This document shows positions 36,050 to 46,524 of a stretch of DNA of 64,000 nt, one piece after another. This DNA is from Squalus acanthias (taxonomy: Eukaryota). Position numbers and translations under genes: made by a program. The notes beneath the pieces were generated by a model, which was not told where the DNA came from, searched no databases, and saw only the letters and a program-made list of their open reading frames with translations. Positions within the stretch are counted from its first letter, which is position 1; each line of letters begins with the position of its first letter. The stretch spans positions 110,610,001 through 110,674,000 of the forward strand of contig CM059432.1 in the NCBI GenBank assembly GCA_030390025.1, given 5' to 3'.

Positions 36050-37734
36050 TGACTTTACTACACAGTATGATAAAAAGGTAGCTCTGGAGCAAGACAAAGG
36101 TACACCATGTTGAAGCATCAACGTACTGACTACAGAGGGATGGGGTGTCAATGATAATCCACACGTTCCATGACATGAGCTAATCGATTAAAGGGGTAGA
36201 AGAGAAAATAATCTTAAAAAGGGAGTCTCAATTGGTGCAAAATAAAAGTAGGAACAAAAAAAAACAACCTCTATGAAATTTTGCAACATGTTTGATAGCA
36301 CAATGGAAACTAAGCATGTTGAGGTATGTGAAACACAATCCAAATAGATATGAATTAGTTATAAGTAATGTGACTTGCAGGTCATTAAAGGCAAACTGTC
36401 TCTTACACATATTTGTGGTCTGATGAAAGTCATGGTTGATAAGGTTAATGAAAGTAATGGTAACATTTGTATCAGGTAACACCCGCAATCAGCTGTGGAA
36501 AAAGTGAGTATTTGCAGCAGCTGTCAGCTGTCATGAACAACAGGCCACATCGTACCTGTATCAGAGGCAAACTCCTGGGGGAATTTTTCGCAAATCTGTT
36601 CCAGAGACAAGTTGATCACAATCTCACATGCTTTTCTACACTCTAAAATACTCAAGAGAAATAACATTTGTAAGGAGGAAAAAGCAGCATCTATACAAGT
36701 TATCCCGAGGAACCACCAACCAATGGAGGCGAAGGGATGTTTCCAGTTACCCATGGAAACCATTTCCTTTGTTGTACCAAAATTGTAAACACGAGAATAA
36801 AGACTGCTTAAAATGTCTTTATCAATAGTGAACAGAGGCAACCTTCCCTCTGATTGGAATCAGGGGGACTCCTACAGGCACAGTAGAGCTGCTAGAGTGA
36901 CAAAATGCCTCTTTCATATGATTATAAAGTTTTTGCTATAATTCTCCCCTCCATTAAGCAGTAGCAGAATTTAGACATACTCAACACCAGCAATTGGTGT
37001 TGACACAGATCCCACCTAACGCAGAATTCTCCATTCTAAGTAACAAATTTTCTACCAGGCACCTGGAATGAAAACCATTCTTTATGCACTGAAGGTGTGA
37101 CCTGCAATGGAATGTGCTCAAAGACACCCTATTGTCTCAAAACTAATATAAAATAGCAGAATACACAATTTTGATGGCTGTTTCATCTGGTATTCCACCA
37201 AATTATTTTAATCACCTTTCCAGATGGCATTGTGTATTGCTGGGAGTTCACCTTTTGTAAACTGAACCTGACCCTATATCAGGAACAATATAAACAAAAT
37301 CAAAATCCTTCCTAGGCCAAATAGGTCAAAATCCGATATGCTACACTCTGACTCAGACCAGTCTAGATAAACGGCTGAATTTTCTTAATCCCGCTTCTAC
37401 AGGGGCAGGGCGGGATTTCTGCTAGCCAACCATACCCCGTCATGCCCCAGCCAAGTTTCCTGGGTCGGCATTCATGATGGGTTCCTGGAAGGATCCCCAC
37501 CAGCAAGGGGGAGCCTAGCAATGGTGCCCAGGAAAATCAAAATGCTGCTGTCGCAGAACCAGCATTGCAGCACTTGAAGAGGTGGGAGCTACAGTAAAGG
37601 GTCCTCAGGGCCCTGTAGACTGGACCAGTGTATCACCGAGACCTTCAGCTAGAAAATAATTGGAGGAAGAGGAGCTGTTTAATAGGCCCTCTCCCTCCAT
37701 CTGCCTCATGTGGGACCACTCCCACCGATAGAGT

Positions 37735-38538
37735 AGAAGCCCATGGAACTGAAGGCAAATTATTGACCTGGTTAGGAAATTGGCTGAGCGGCAGGAGACA
37801 GAGAGTAGGGATAATGGGCAGGTACTCAAATTGACTAGCAGGATGTGACTGGTGGTGTCCAGCAGGGATGTGTGTTGGGGCCTCAACTATTCACAGTATT
37901 TATTAATGACTTAGGTGATCCGACAGAAAGCCACATAGCCAAATTTGTCGATGATACAAAGATAGGCAGCATTGTAGGCAGTGTAGGTGGAAGCAGAAAA
38001 TTACAAAGAGATATTAATAGATTAAGTGAATGGGCAAAACTGTGGCAAATGGATTTCAATGTAGGCAAATGTGAGGTCATCCACTTTGGACCTAAAAAGG
38101 ATAGAACAGGGTACTTTCCAAATGGTAAAAAGCTAAAAACAGTAGAGGTCCAAAGAGACTTGGGGGTCCAGGTACATAGATCATTAAAATGTTATGGACA
38201 GGTAGAGAAAATAATCAAAAAGGCTAATGGGATGCTGGCCTTTATATCTAGAGGACTAGAGTACAAGGGGGTAGAAGTTATGCTGCAGCTATACAAAGCC
38301 CTGGTTAGACCACACCTGGAATACTGTGAGCAGTTCTGGGCACCACACCTTAGGAAGGATATATTGGCCTTGGAGGGAGTGCAGTGTAGGTTTACCAGAA
38401 TGATACCCAGACTTCAAGGGTTAAATTACGAGGAGAGATTACACAAATTAGGGTTGTATTTCCTAAAATTTACAAGGTTAAGGGGTGATCTGATCGAAGT
38501 TTTCAGGATATTAAGGGGAACAGATAGGATTGATGGAG
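37735..38538 (+). mobile_element. CR1 LINE internal RT fragment
   Basis: GVQQGCVLGPQLF, FVDD and LVRPHLEYC in ORF 37845-38693, whose last ~50 codons run into flanking DNA. Confidence 0.9.
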
Positions 38539-40632
38539 ATTCATCCTTTAAGTGCCAATACCTACTTTTAATCCAATGTCACAGAAAATTTGTAAATGAT
38601 ATGCAGGTGGAAAAAGTGACTGTAGCTCGACTAACACACACAGGAAAATTTGCACGTGTGCGTGAATCCTTGATATGCAGTCCCAGCGGGTGATATCAGA
38701 AAATAAATCCTCACACCAACAGCATTCATAAAATATCTGAACATAGGATTTTTAAATAAAGATGAACTTTCAGTACATTGTTCAATGGACATTTCCTTTA
38801 AAAGAAACTTAATATTGAGAAAATTAATACTTCTCAATGGATCAGCAGATCAGAAAGGTTCAAGAACAATTGAAATAAATCCAGATTTAAGAGAATAATA
38901 GACAGTAATCTGAAAAGTTGCTTCAGGGTTGCTTATTCTGTGATATATATGTAGCCAGGAATAAAAATACTGAATATTTGTGTTTTTAAGGTTGACCAAA
39001 ATTAATTTTTGACTTTGTTGTCCATTAATTATCTAGTTGACCTCACTGTAGCGATATTGTAAGAATGAACATACGACGACACAAAATTGACAAGGCTTGC
39101 TGTTAGACACGGGTTCATTGTATTAACCTAATTATTTTCTTATCGATTTTCTCTCCTCCTAAAGGTATTCAGTTCTTGTTTTTTTATGGGAACAGGGTGC
39201 TCTCCACTACTTCACCCAATTAGCTTTCAGTCATGTGTGAAACTTTGATATTAAGAGGGTAATTTTAATCTAAACTGCCCAGCATGTAAAACGGGCGGCT
39301 GATCTGATCACCTCACTTTCCTGACAGGCAGGTTAGCTGCCCCCTGGGTGCCTGTAGGTTATTCAACTGGAAGGACCATCACGGTAAAGCTGATATTTGG
39401 TCGTCACCAGACATCCAGACATCCAAATATGCACATATCCAACAAGGGTCACTAAATAGCAATCAAGAACTTTGGCCAATTTTCCCCTGCCTAACCCATG
39501 TACACAGAGGCCAAATGTAGAAGCTATACTGCCATCCTGAGAGTAACTAACTCGGCACAAATCGAAGATTGTACCTGGATCTTGCTGGGCCGCCTGGCTC
39601 AGTTACTCACTGGATAAACTCATTACATCAATGCAGAAGCCCAAACGTTTTCAGCTTTCAACTGAACAAGTCCAATACACAGTTTGTATTGCTATGTCCC
39701 CTTTTCATGCGCTAAAGAAACTTATAGGGTGTTCACGATGGTGTTGGAGCTGGAGTTGGAAATTTGAATGGATGAGCAGGAGGTACAATTAAATCACATT
39801 TTCACAGATGAAGTTGGCTCACTGCACTTCACCCACTTCCCTTCTTACAATTCAGTTCAGTTCTTCAGTCTTCTATGTCCTTCTCCATTACTCTGTACAC
39901 TGCAGTTAAATGAGGATGGAGAGTAGTAATAGACAAAGTCTAAGATTAGGGAGGGATACTCCTGTGACTGTATCTGGGCGCACTGGATCATCTGGGCACA
40001 CTGGATCATCTGGGCGCAGTGAATACCAATCTCCATTACAAGGTAGTCTAAAACTGGGCCAAACACATTTCATGTAAGATCTTCATAACCAACCAACACA
40101 GCAGACTTTCATTCAAACACCCTGGGCTGGATTCAGACCGAGGCTCAGAAGTAAAAATGCAGTGTGCTAATCCCAGTCCCCCAAAATTCAACAGTATCAC
40201 TGAACCTCATGGTAAAGACAATGAGGATGTTTTCCACTTAATGAGAGCAACCATTTACTGCATTAAAGAAACTGTTAGAAGCTTCACCAGATGATTGTCT
40301 CATACTTGACAAGACCACATGAGAGATGCAAATGAACTAAGACATTCGGAAAGACTGTGCAGTCCCCTCAGCACAGTATCCAACTGTTTCTTCAAGGCGA
40401 ATGTAGAGGATCCACTCTCGTACAATTAAAAACATGCCATAATATGGTCCAACAGAAAATCCTTACCAAGTGAATGACTGAATACTACTGCTGGATGAAT
40501 GGAACACTAAGAAAACAATTTGCCCCTTACCCATGGCACAAAACAAGAATGGACTGAACATTGTAATGAGTTGAAGTGATTATTTATGCAGATAAACAAC
40601 CTTAAACAGTGTTGCAGGGTGACAGATACAAT

Positions 40633-41377
40633 GGCCCAGAAATTGATCTCGCTCTGTTCCCGCGGGGGTAAGCCTTCCCCGCGATGTCTCACCTCGCTTG
40701 TGCTTTTTCAGATCCAGCTCGCACGAACTTGATGTTCCAGACATCAGCTGTGCTGGGCTTGCGTATCCCAGCGGCGTAGTGAATTCGTGCGAGCTGTGGG
40801 ATCACGTGACTCAGTTAGAGCCAATGGCAGCACACCATCTTCCATTCATAAGTTTCACAGACCTGCTGTGAAATCTATGAATCTTACACCCCCCCAAAAT
40901 AACAGCTAAACCTCAATTAAATAAAAAAAAAAAACCATCACATTAATAAAATAAGTATAGTTAATTAAATTAACCATTTTAAATAAAAAATTAAATTTTT
41001 GAAAAAATTTTAAATCTTTTAAAAAGTTATAAAAATAAACTTACCTGTCTTTAAAGTCTCTAAAAAAGATATACCTGTAAAAAAAAAATTCAAAAAAATA
41101 CTTAATTCACTACTTACCTTCTTAAAAGCGGGTCTTACTCCTCCTTTTTACATTTCCAAAATCTTCCATACTTACCTGCGCGTCCAAAGCATGAAGTGCA
41201 CAGCGTGCGCGCAGCCTGTAGCGCGCACGCGATGCACCCAGGACCCGCCCCCTTTTCAGAAGAGCAATTGCCGGTTTTCAGCGCATGCGCAGGGCATGCA
41301 GAAAACCGGCAATTGGAGTGGGAATACGCGAGAGTACGCAGTGCGTACTCTCGCGTCCCGGGATCAATTTTCGGCCC
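40633..41377. mobile_element. Harbinger-type MITE
   Basis: TIRs GGCCCAGAAATTGATC / GATCAATTTTCGGCCC, TSD AAT/ATT, AT-rich core and CpG-rich subtermini. Confidence 0.75.
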
Positions 41378-42309
41378 ATTGACTTGTGTGGGGTTACCAA
41401 AAAATTTGGTACATAACCATGCTAAAGAAAAGGTCACCTAGTTGTGTGCCAAAACAAACTACAGAGACCAGCCTGGGCAATTTTAGTTACAGTATATTTA
41501 TAAAATCCTGCATTTTGTCCTGTATTCAGAAGTGGCAGACATAAACAGGGAAAAATGCTGATTAGACTTCTGTTGTACCTGTGCCATGCTGGGCACTGGC
41601 TGGTACACTGAATGGGAGTTCATGCTCCCCGCTCAGCCAATTCCTGGGCCCTGACTTGGTACCTTGGTATTCGTCAGTATTTAGTGTACTACAATTACTT
41701 TGTCAATTCACTCCAGTTCATATTGCAAGTCACAATCAGAGCAATCTAAACATTGGAAATGCTGTTCTATGAGGCCAAAGGTCTGTTGCATAAGAACATA
41801 AGAAATAGGAGCAGGAACAGGCCATTCTGCCCCTCGAGCCTGCTCTGCCATTTAATGAGATCATGGCTGATCCGATTTTGGCCTCAACTCCACTTTCCTG
41901 CCCGCTCCCCATAACCCTTGACTCCCCTGTTGCTCAAAAATCTGTCTATCTCAGCCTTGAATATATTCAATGACTCCGCCTCCACAGCTCTCTGGGGTAG
42001 AGAATTCCAAAGATTCATGACCCTCTGAGAGAAGAAATTCCTCCTCATCTCCGTCTTAAATGGGCGACCCCTTATTCTGAGACTATGCCCCCTAGTTCTA
42101 GATACTCCACTAGGGGAAACATCCTCTCAGCATCTACCCTGTCCAACCCCCTCAGAATCTTACATGTTTCAATAAGATCACCTCTCATTATTCTAAACTC
42201 CAATGAGTATTGGCCCAACCTGCTCAACCTTTCCTCATAAGACAACCCTTCCATCCCAGGAATCAACCTAGTGAACCTTTTCTGAACTGCCTCCAATACA
42301 AGTATACAA

Positions 42310-42736
42310 GGGAAACACGGTGGCATAGTGGTTAGCACTGGTGCTTCACAGCGCCAGGGACCCGGGTTCGAATCTGACCTCGGGTGACTGTCTGTGTGGA
42401 GTTTGCACATTCTCCCCGTGTCTGCGTGGGTTTCCTCCGGGTGCTCCGGTTTCCTCCCACAGTCCAAAAATGTGTGGGTTAGGTTGATTTGGCTATGATA
42501 AATTGACCCTTAGTGTTAGGGGGAGATTAAATATGTGGGGTTATGGGGATAGGATGGGATATGTTAGGGGGAATTAAATACGTGGGGTTACAGGGGTAGG
42601 GTGGGATATGTGTACTGTGGGGATTAGGGCAGGGACGGGGTACTGGATTTGGATGATCAGCCATGATCGTATTGAATGGTGGAGCAGGCTCGACGGGCCG
42701 AATGGCCTACTCCTGCTCCGAGATTCTATGTTTCTA
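42310..42736 (+). mobile_element. HE1-type V-SINE (tRNA head, V-domain, CR1-derived tail)
   Basis: A-box TGGCATAGTGG, B-box GGTTCGAATC, V-core GTGTGGAGTTTGCACATTCTCCCCGTGTCTGCGTGGGTTTCCTCCGGGTGCTCCGGTTTCCTCCCACA and a CR1 3' UTR tail. Confidence 0.9.
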
Positions 42737-43102
42737 TCCCTCCTTAAATATGGGGACCAAAACTGTACGCAGTACTCTAGGTGTGGTCTCACCAGCGCCC
42801 TGTACAATTGTAGCAAGACTTCCCTACTTTTATACTCTATCCCCCTTGAAATAAAGGCCAACATTCCATTTGCCTTCCTAATTACTTGCTGCACCTGCAA
42901 GTTAACTTTTTGTGTTTCATGTATGAGGACACCCAGATCCCTCTGTACCGCCGCATTCTGTAGCCTTTCTCCATTTAAATAATATTTTTCTTTTCTATTC
43001 TTCCTACCAAAGTGGATAACTTCACATTTTCCCACATTATACTCCATCTGCCAAATTCTTGCCCACTCACTTAACCTATCTATATCCCTTTGCAGACTCT
43101 TT

Positions 43103-43826
43103 GGGCTCGATTTTGCCAGGCCCGAGGAGGCGGGAATGGAGGCGTGTGGGGTGTTAAAATTGCAAAAAATGGCAGGCGGGCCCAACCCCGCCACCATCCC
43201 GCCTCCGAGCAATTTTGCCAAATGCGTGGTTTCTGATCCCGTCTCCGTCCCGCCTCCAAGAGGCGGGATAGGCCCATAAGGCCCTTAACAACCACTTAAT
43301 TGCCTCTATAATCCCATTTTGAGAGGCCTTTCTGATTTTAACACTTTTCCGACGTGATGCACACCTCCTCTGAAACATGACGGTGAAACCTGGCGGTAGC
43401 ACACTTGGATTGCTGACTATCAGCTGCAGCTCCACCATTAAGAAGGAGATTTGAACATTCATCATTCTGGGGGAACTTTTAGCAGTCATAACTATTTATG
43501 TGGAAGTTTGGAGCCTGGTGGTGGTGGAAAATTCTGGGAGCAGACTTAGGTCTCCTGCTGCTCATTTTGCCTCCAGGTCCCTCTCACAGCAAAGGCCAAA
43601 AGCTTCCCAGTCTTTGCAGACCTTAAATGCAGCAGCAATAATGACATCATCAGAGGCGACTTTCAGACTGAAAACACTTATTGGGTCATGGGTTCCCACT
43701 TGCTGGAACTCAATTGCCCAATTAGGGGAAAATCGAATAATTCTCCCACATCCAATTGGAGTCGGGTGGCTAACACGAAAAGTGGATGACACGACCCCAG
43801 CCCGCCCCAATGACAAAATCGAGCTC
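43103..43826. mobile_element. Harbinger-type MITE
   Basis: TIRs GGGCTCGATTTTG / CAAAATCGAGCTC and TSD TTT. The host CR1 rejoins exactly. Confidence 0.88.
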
Positions 43827-44194
43827 TTTATATCCTCCTCACAACTTGCTTTCCCACCTATCTTTGTATCGTCCGCAAATACAGTACACTCGGTCCCTTC
43901 ATCCAAGTCATAAATATAGATTGAAAATAGTTGAGGCCCCAGCACTGATCCCTGTGGCACCCCACTAGTTACAGATTGCCATCCTGAAAATAACCAATTT
44001 ATCCCAACTCTCTGTTGGCTTATTCCCCTGCATTGTGAATGTGTACCATGTTGGCACTTTCTTGTAAGATCACTAGTCATATTTGGAACAGGTAGCTCAT
44101 GTCTCCCAGGAGCCAACCTTCCATTTAGTTTTTCCTCCAAGACGTGTGCAGTGCGAGCATTTTCACAAAAATTGAGCATTAACTGCTATCATTA

Positions 44195-45341
44195 ATTTAA
44201 TCTTTATGGGGCGGGAGAGGCGGGAATAGTGTGTGGCCGGTAGCGGGTGAGCCACCCTCGACACCTGACTACATTAACTACCTAGCTGGCGGGCGGGAGT
44301 GGGAATTTGGCTGCAGGAGGCTGCAGCTGGGGATCCATGGGAACGGTCCCTGGCAGTGAATGAGCTGGGATTCCCTTGGCATCGGAATAAGGCACGGAAG
44401 GGCTGGGGATTCCTTCTACATGATGTGTGATCAGGGAATGCCAGGTTTGACGATTCCCCCAAAGATCAGGGAATGCCGGGCTGAGTATTCCCCAAAGATC
44501 AGGGAATGCCGGGCTGAGTATTCCCCAAAGATCAGGGAATGCCGGGCTGAGGATTCCCCAAAGATCAGGGAATGCCGGGCTGAAGATTCCCCAAAGATCA
44601 GGGAATGCCGGGCTGAGGATTCCCCAAAGATCAGGGAATGCTGGGCTGAGGATTCCCCAAAGATCAGGGAATGCCGGGCTGAGGATTCCCCAAAGATCAG
44701 GGAATGCCGGGCTGAAGATTCCCCAAAGATCAGGGAATGCCGGGCTGAGGATTCCCCAAAGATCAGGGAATGCCAGGCTGAGGATTCCCCAAAGATCAGA
44801 GAATGCCAGGCTGAGGATTCCCCAAAGATCAGGGAATGCCAGGCTGAGGATTCCCCAAAGATCAGGGAATGCCGGGCTGAGAATTCCCCAAAGATCAGGG
44901 AATGCCGGGCTGAAGATTCCCCAAAGATCAGGGAATGCCAGGCTGAGGATGCACAAGGATTCCATGCGGGTCCTGGTGGGAGCACAGCCTGCTTCTCTTA
45001 GTCCACAAGGAGTTCAAAGAGAGGGAAGGTTTTAAAACTTACCTGGGCTTTTTCTACCAGTCAGCTCCTCCTGCCATGTTTCTGCTGCCGGACAGCAGAC
45101 AGCGCAGGACTCCTCCTGCACGGCCCTTAAAATTACCTGATAGTGCCATTGAAATCACGACATCACCGAAGACGGCTGATTTTAGAGGGACCCTCGTCCA
45201 GGGCCTGAATCGCCTCCGTTAATATTATGACGGCTGGGCACACGGTTGCTTGGAGGCAAGATTTCATTTTTTAGAATTTTAACCTCTCACCTGCCCTTTT
45301 CGGGGTGCAGGGGGTGTGAAGGGAGAGTTAAAATCGAGGCC
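44195..45341. mobile_element. Harbinger-type MITE hosting a 33-bp minisatellite (left end uncertain)
   Basis: The right end GTTAAAATCGAGGCC resembles the ends at 26281 and 43826. GC-rich interior. Confidence 0.5.
44429..44950. repeat. 33-bp minisatellite GATCAGGGAATGCCGGGCTGAGGATTCCCCAAA, ~16 copies
   Basis: Read directly. Each unit can form ATTCCC/GGGAAT pairing. Confidence 0.96.
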
Positions 45342-45997
45342 AGAGAATCATAAAGGACAGAAGGAGGCCATTCGGCCCATCGTGCCTGTGCCAGCTCTTT
45401 GAAAAAGCTATCCAATTAGTCCCACTCCCTGCTCTTTCCCCATAGCCCTGCAAGTTTCTCCTTTTCAACAAAAAAATCCAATTCCCTGTTGAAAGTTATT
45501 GTTGAATCTGCTTCCACCCTTTCAGGCAGTGCATTCCAGATCACAACAAAAGCAAAATACTGCGGATGCTGGAAATCTGAAATAAAAACAGACATCAGAC
45601 AAAAGGTCATCGACCTGAAAGGTTAACTCTGTTTCTCTCTCCACAGATGCTGCCTGACCTGCTGAGTATTTCCAGCATTTTCTGTTTATATTCCAGATCA
45701 TCATAACCTGGGCGTATAGAAAAATCACCTCATCTCCCCTCTGGTTCTTTTACCTTAAATCTGTGTTCTCCTGCCAGTGGAAACTGTTTCTTCCTCTTTA
45801 CTCTATCAAAACCCTCATGATTTTGAACACCTCAATTAAATCTCCCCTCAACCTTCTCTGCTCTAAGGAGAACAATCTCAGCTTCTCCAGTCTCTCCACA
45901 TAACTGAAGTCCCTCATCCCTGGAACCATTCTGGTAAATCTCCTCTCAAAAGCCTTGACATCCTTCCTAAAGTGTGGTGCCCAGAATTGGACACAAT
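45342..45997 (-). mobile_element. CR1 3' fragment, continuing at 51852-51945 beyond the Harbinger insertion
   Basis: CVQFWAPHFRKDV...RRLRGDLIEVFKIM. The distal piece encodes ILGFINRGIEYK. Confidence 0.85.
45544..45689 (+). mobile_element. Short insertion, probably Penelope-derived, with a decayed hammerhead-like motif
   Basis: 11-bp TSD ATTCCAGATCA (45533-45543, 45690-45700). CAGACAA-A-AGGTC-atc-GACCT-GAAA resembles a mutated CUGANGA/stem II/GAAA core. Confidence 0.7.
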
Positions 45998-46266
45998 GGC
46001 CCCGATATTTAATCGGAGATGCGTTGGGAGCGGGGGGTTGTCCGATATCGCGTGGGAAACCTGGAAGCAAGTTCAGTGCGTCTCTCTGTGGCTTTTTAAC
46101 TCAGGCACCTCATTATCATTTTACTTCCGGGTTTGTCGTCCAATCCGTGGCAGCGGGCGAGATGAGGCCCCACATGATGCAATCTCAACTCCAGTATTTA
46201 AAGGGACGAACAAAAGATAGAATTTGGAGGAGTTGGAGGTGAGAAGCAGAGAGGAGCAACTTAACA

Positions 46267-46506
46267 ATGGATTCGAGACCTTTAAAGGCTGTGTCGCATT
46301 TCAATAATGCCTCGCTTGATGTGTTGCTGGGGACAGTGAGGAGTTAGAGAGCGGTACTATTCCCCAGCAACTGGAGAAAGAAACCTGCTGCTTACACCAA
46401 GAAGGCGTGGCTGGAGGTGGCCCAGGAGGTCAGCAGCAGGAGCGCAGTGCCACACTCCTGGATTCAGTGCAAGAAGCGCTTTAATGACCTAACCAGGTCA
46501 GGAAAG
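46267..46506 (+). pseudogene. Harbinger Myb/SANT-like protein exon 1 (one in-frame stop)
   Basis: My translation: MDSRPLKAVSHFNNASLDVLLGTVRS*RAVLFPSNWRKKPAAYTKKAWLEVAQEVSSRSAVPHSWIQCKKRFNDLTRSGK, followed by donor GTAAGT at 46507. Confidence 0.85.
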
Positions 46507-46524
46507 GTAAGTACAGTTGCGCAT

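Larger units (their letters stand above)
41789..44015 (-). mobile_element. 5'-truncated CR1 LINE interrupted by an HE1-type SINE and a MITE
   Basis: [14 protein letters not shown] and VRPHLEYC segments join across the inserts. (CATAAGAA)n tail. Confidence 0.93.

Noticed and set aside
37845..38693. Chimeric RT-fusion protein
   Set aside because: The CR1 fragment simply reads through into flanking DNA and its catalytic motifs are mutated.
39130..39640. Highly decayed ancient SINE-like sequence
   Set aside because: Too diverged to define boundaries or family without a database search.
39972..40018. 18-bp x2.6 repeat (also short duplications at 21948-21989 and 35059-35103)
   Set aside because: Ordinary slippage duplications.
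42310..42385. tRNA gene
   Set aside because: The A and B boxes are the head of a SINE; the same applies to 27320-27418.
44282..45001. CRISPR-like palindromic 33-bp repeat or repeat protein
   Set aside because: Units are head-to-tail with no unique spacers, there are no cas genes, and the context is vertebrate.
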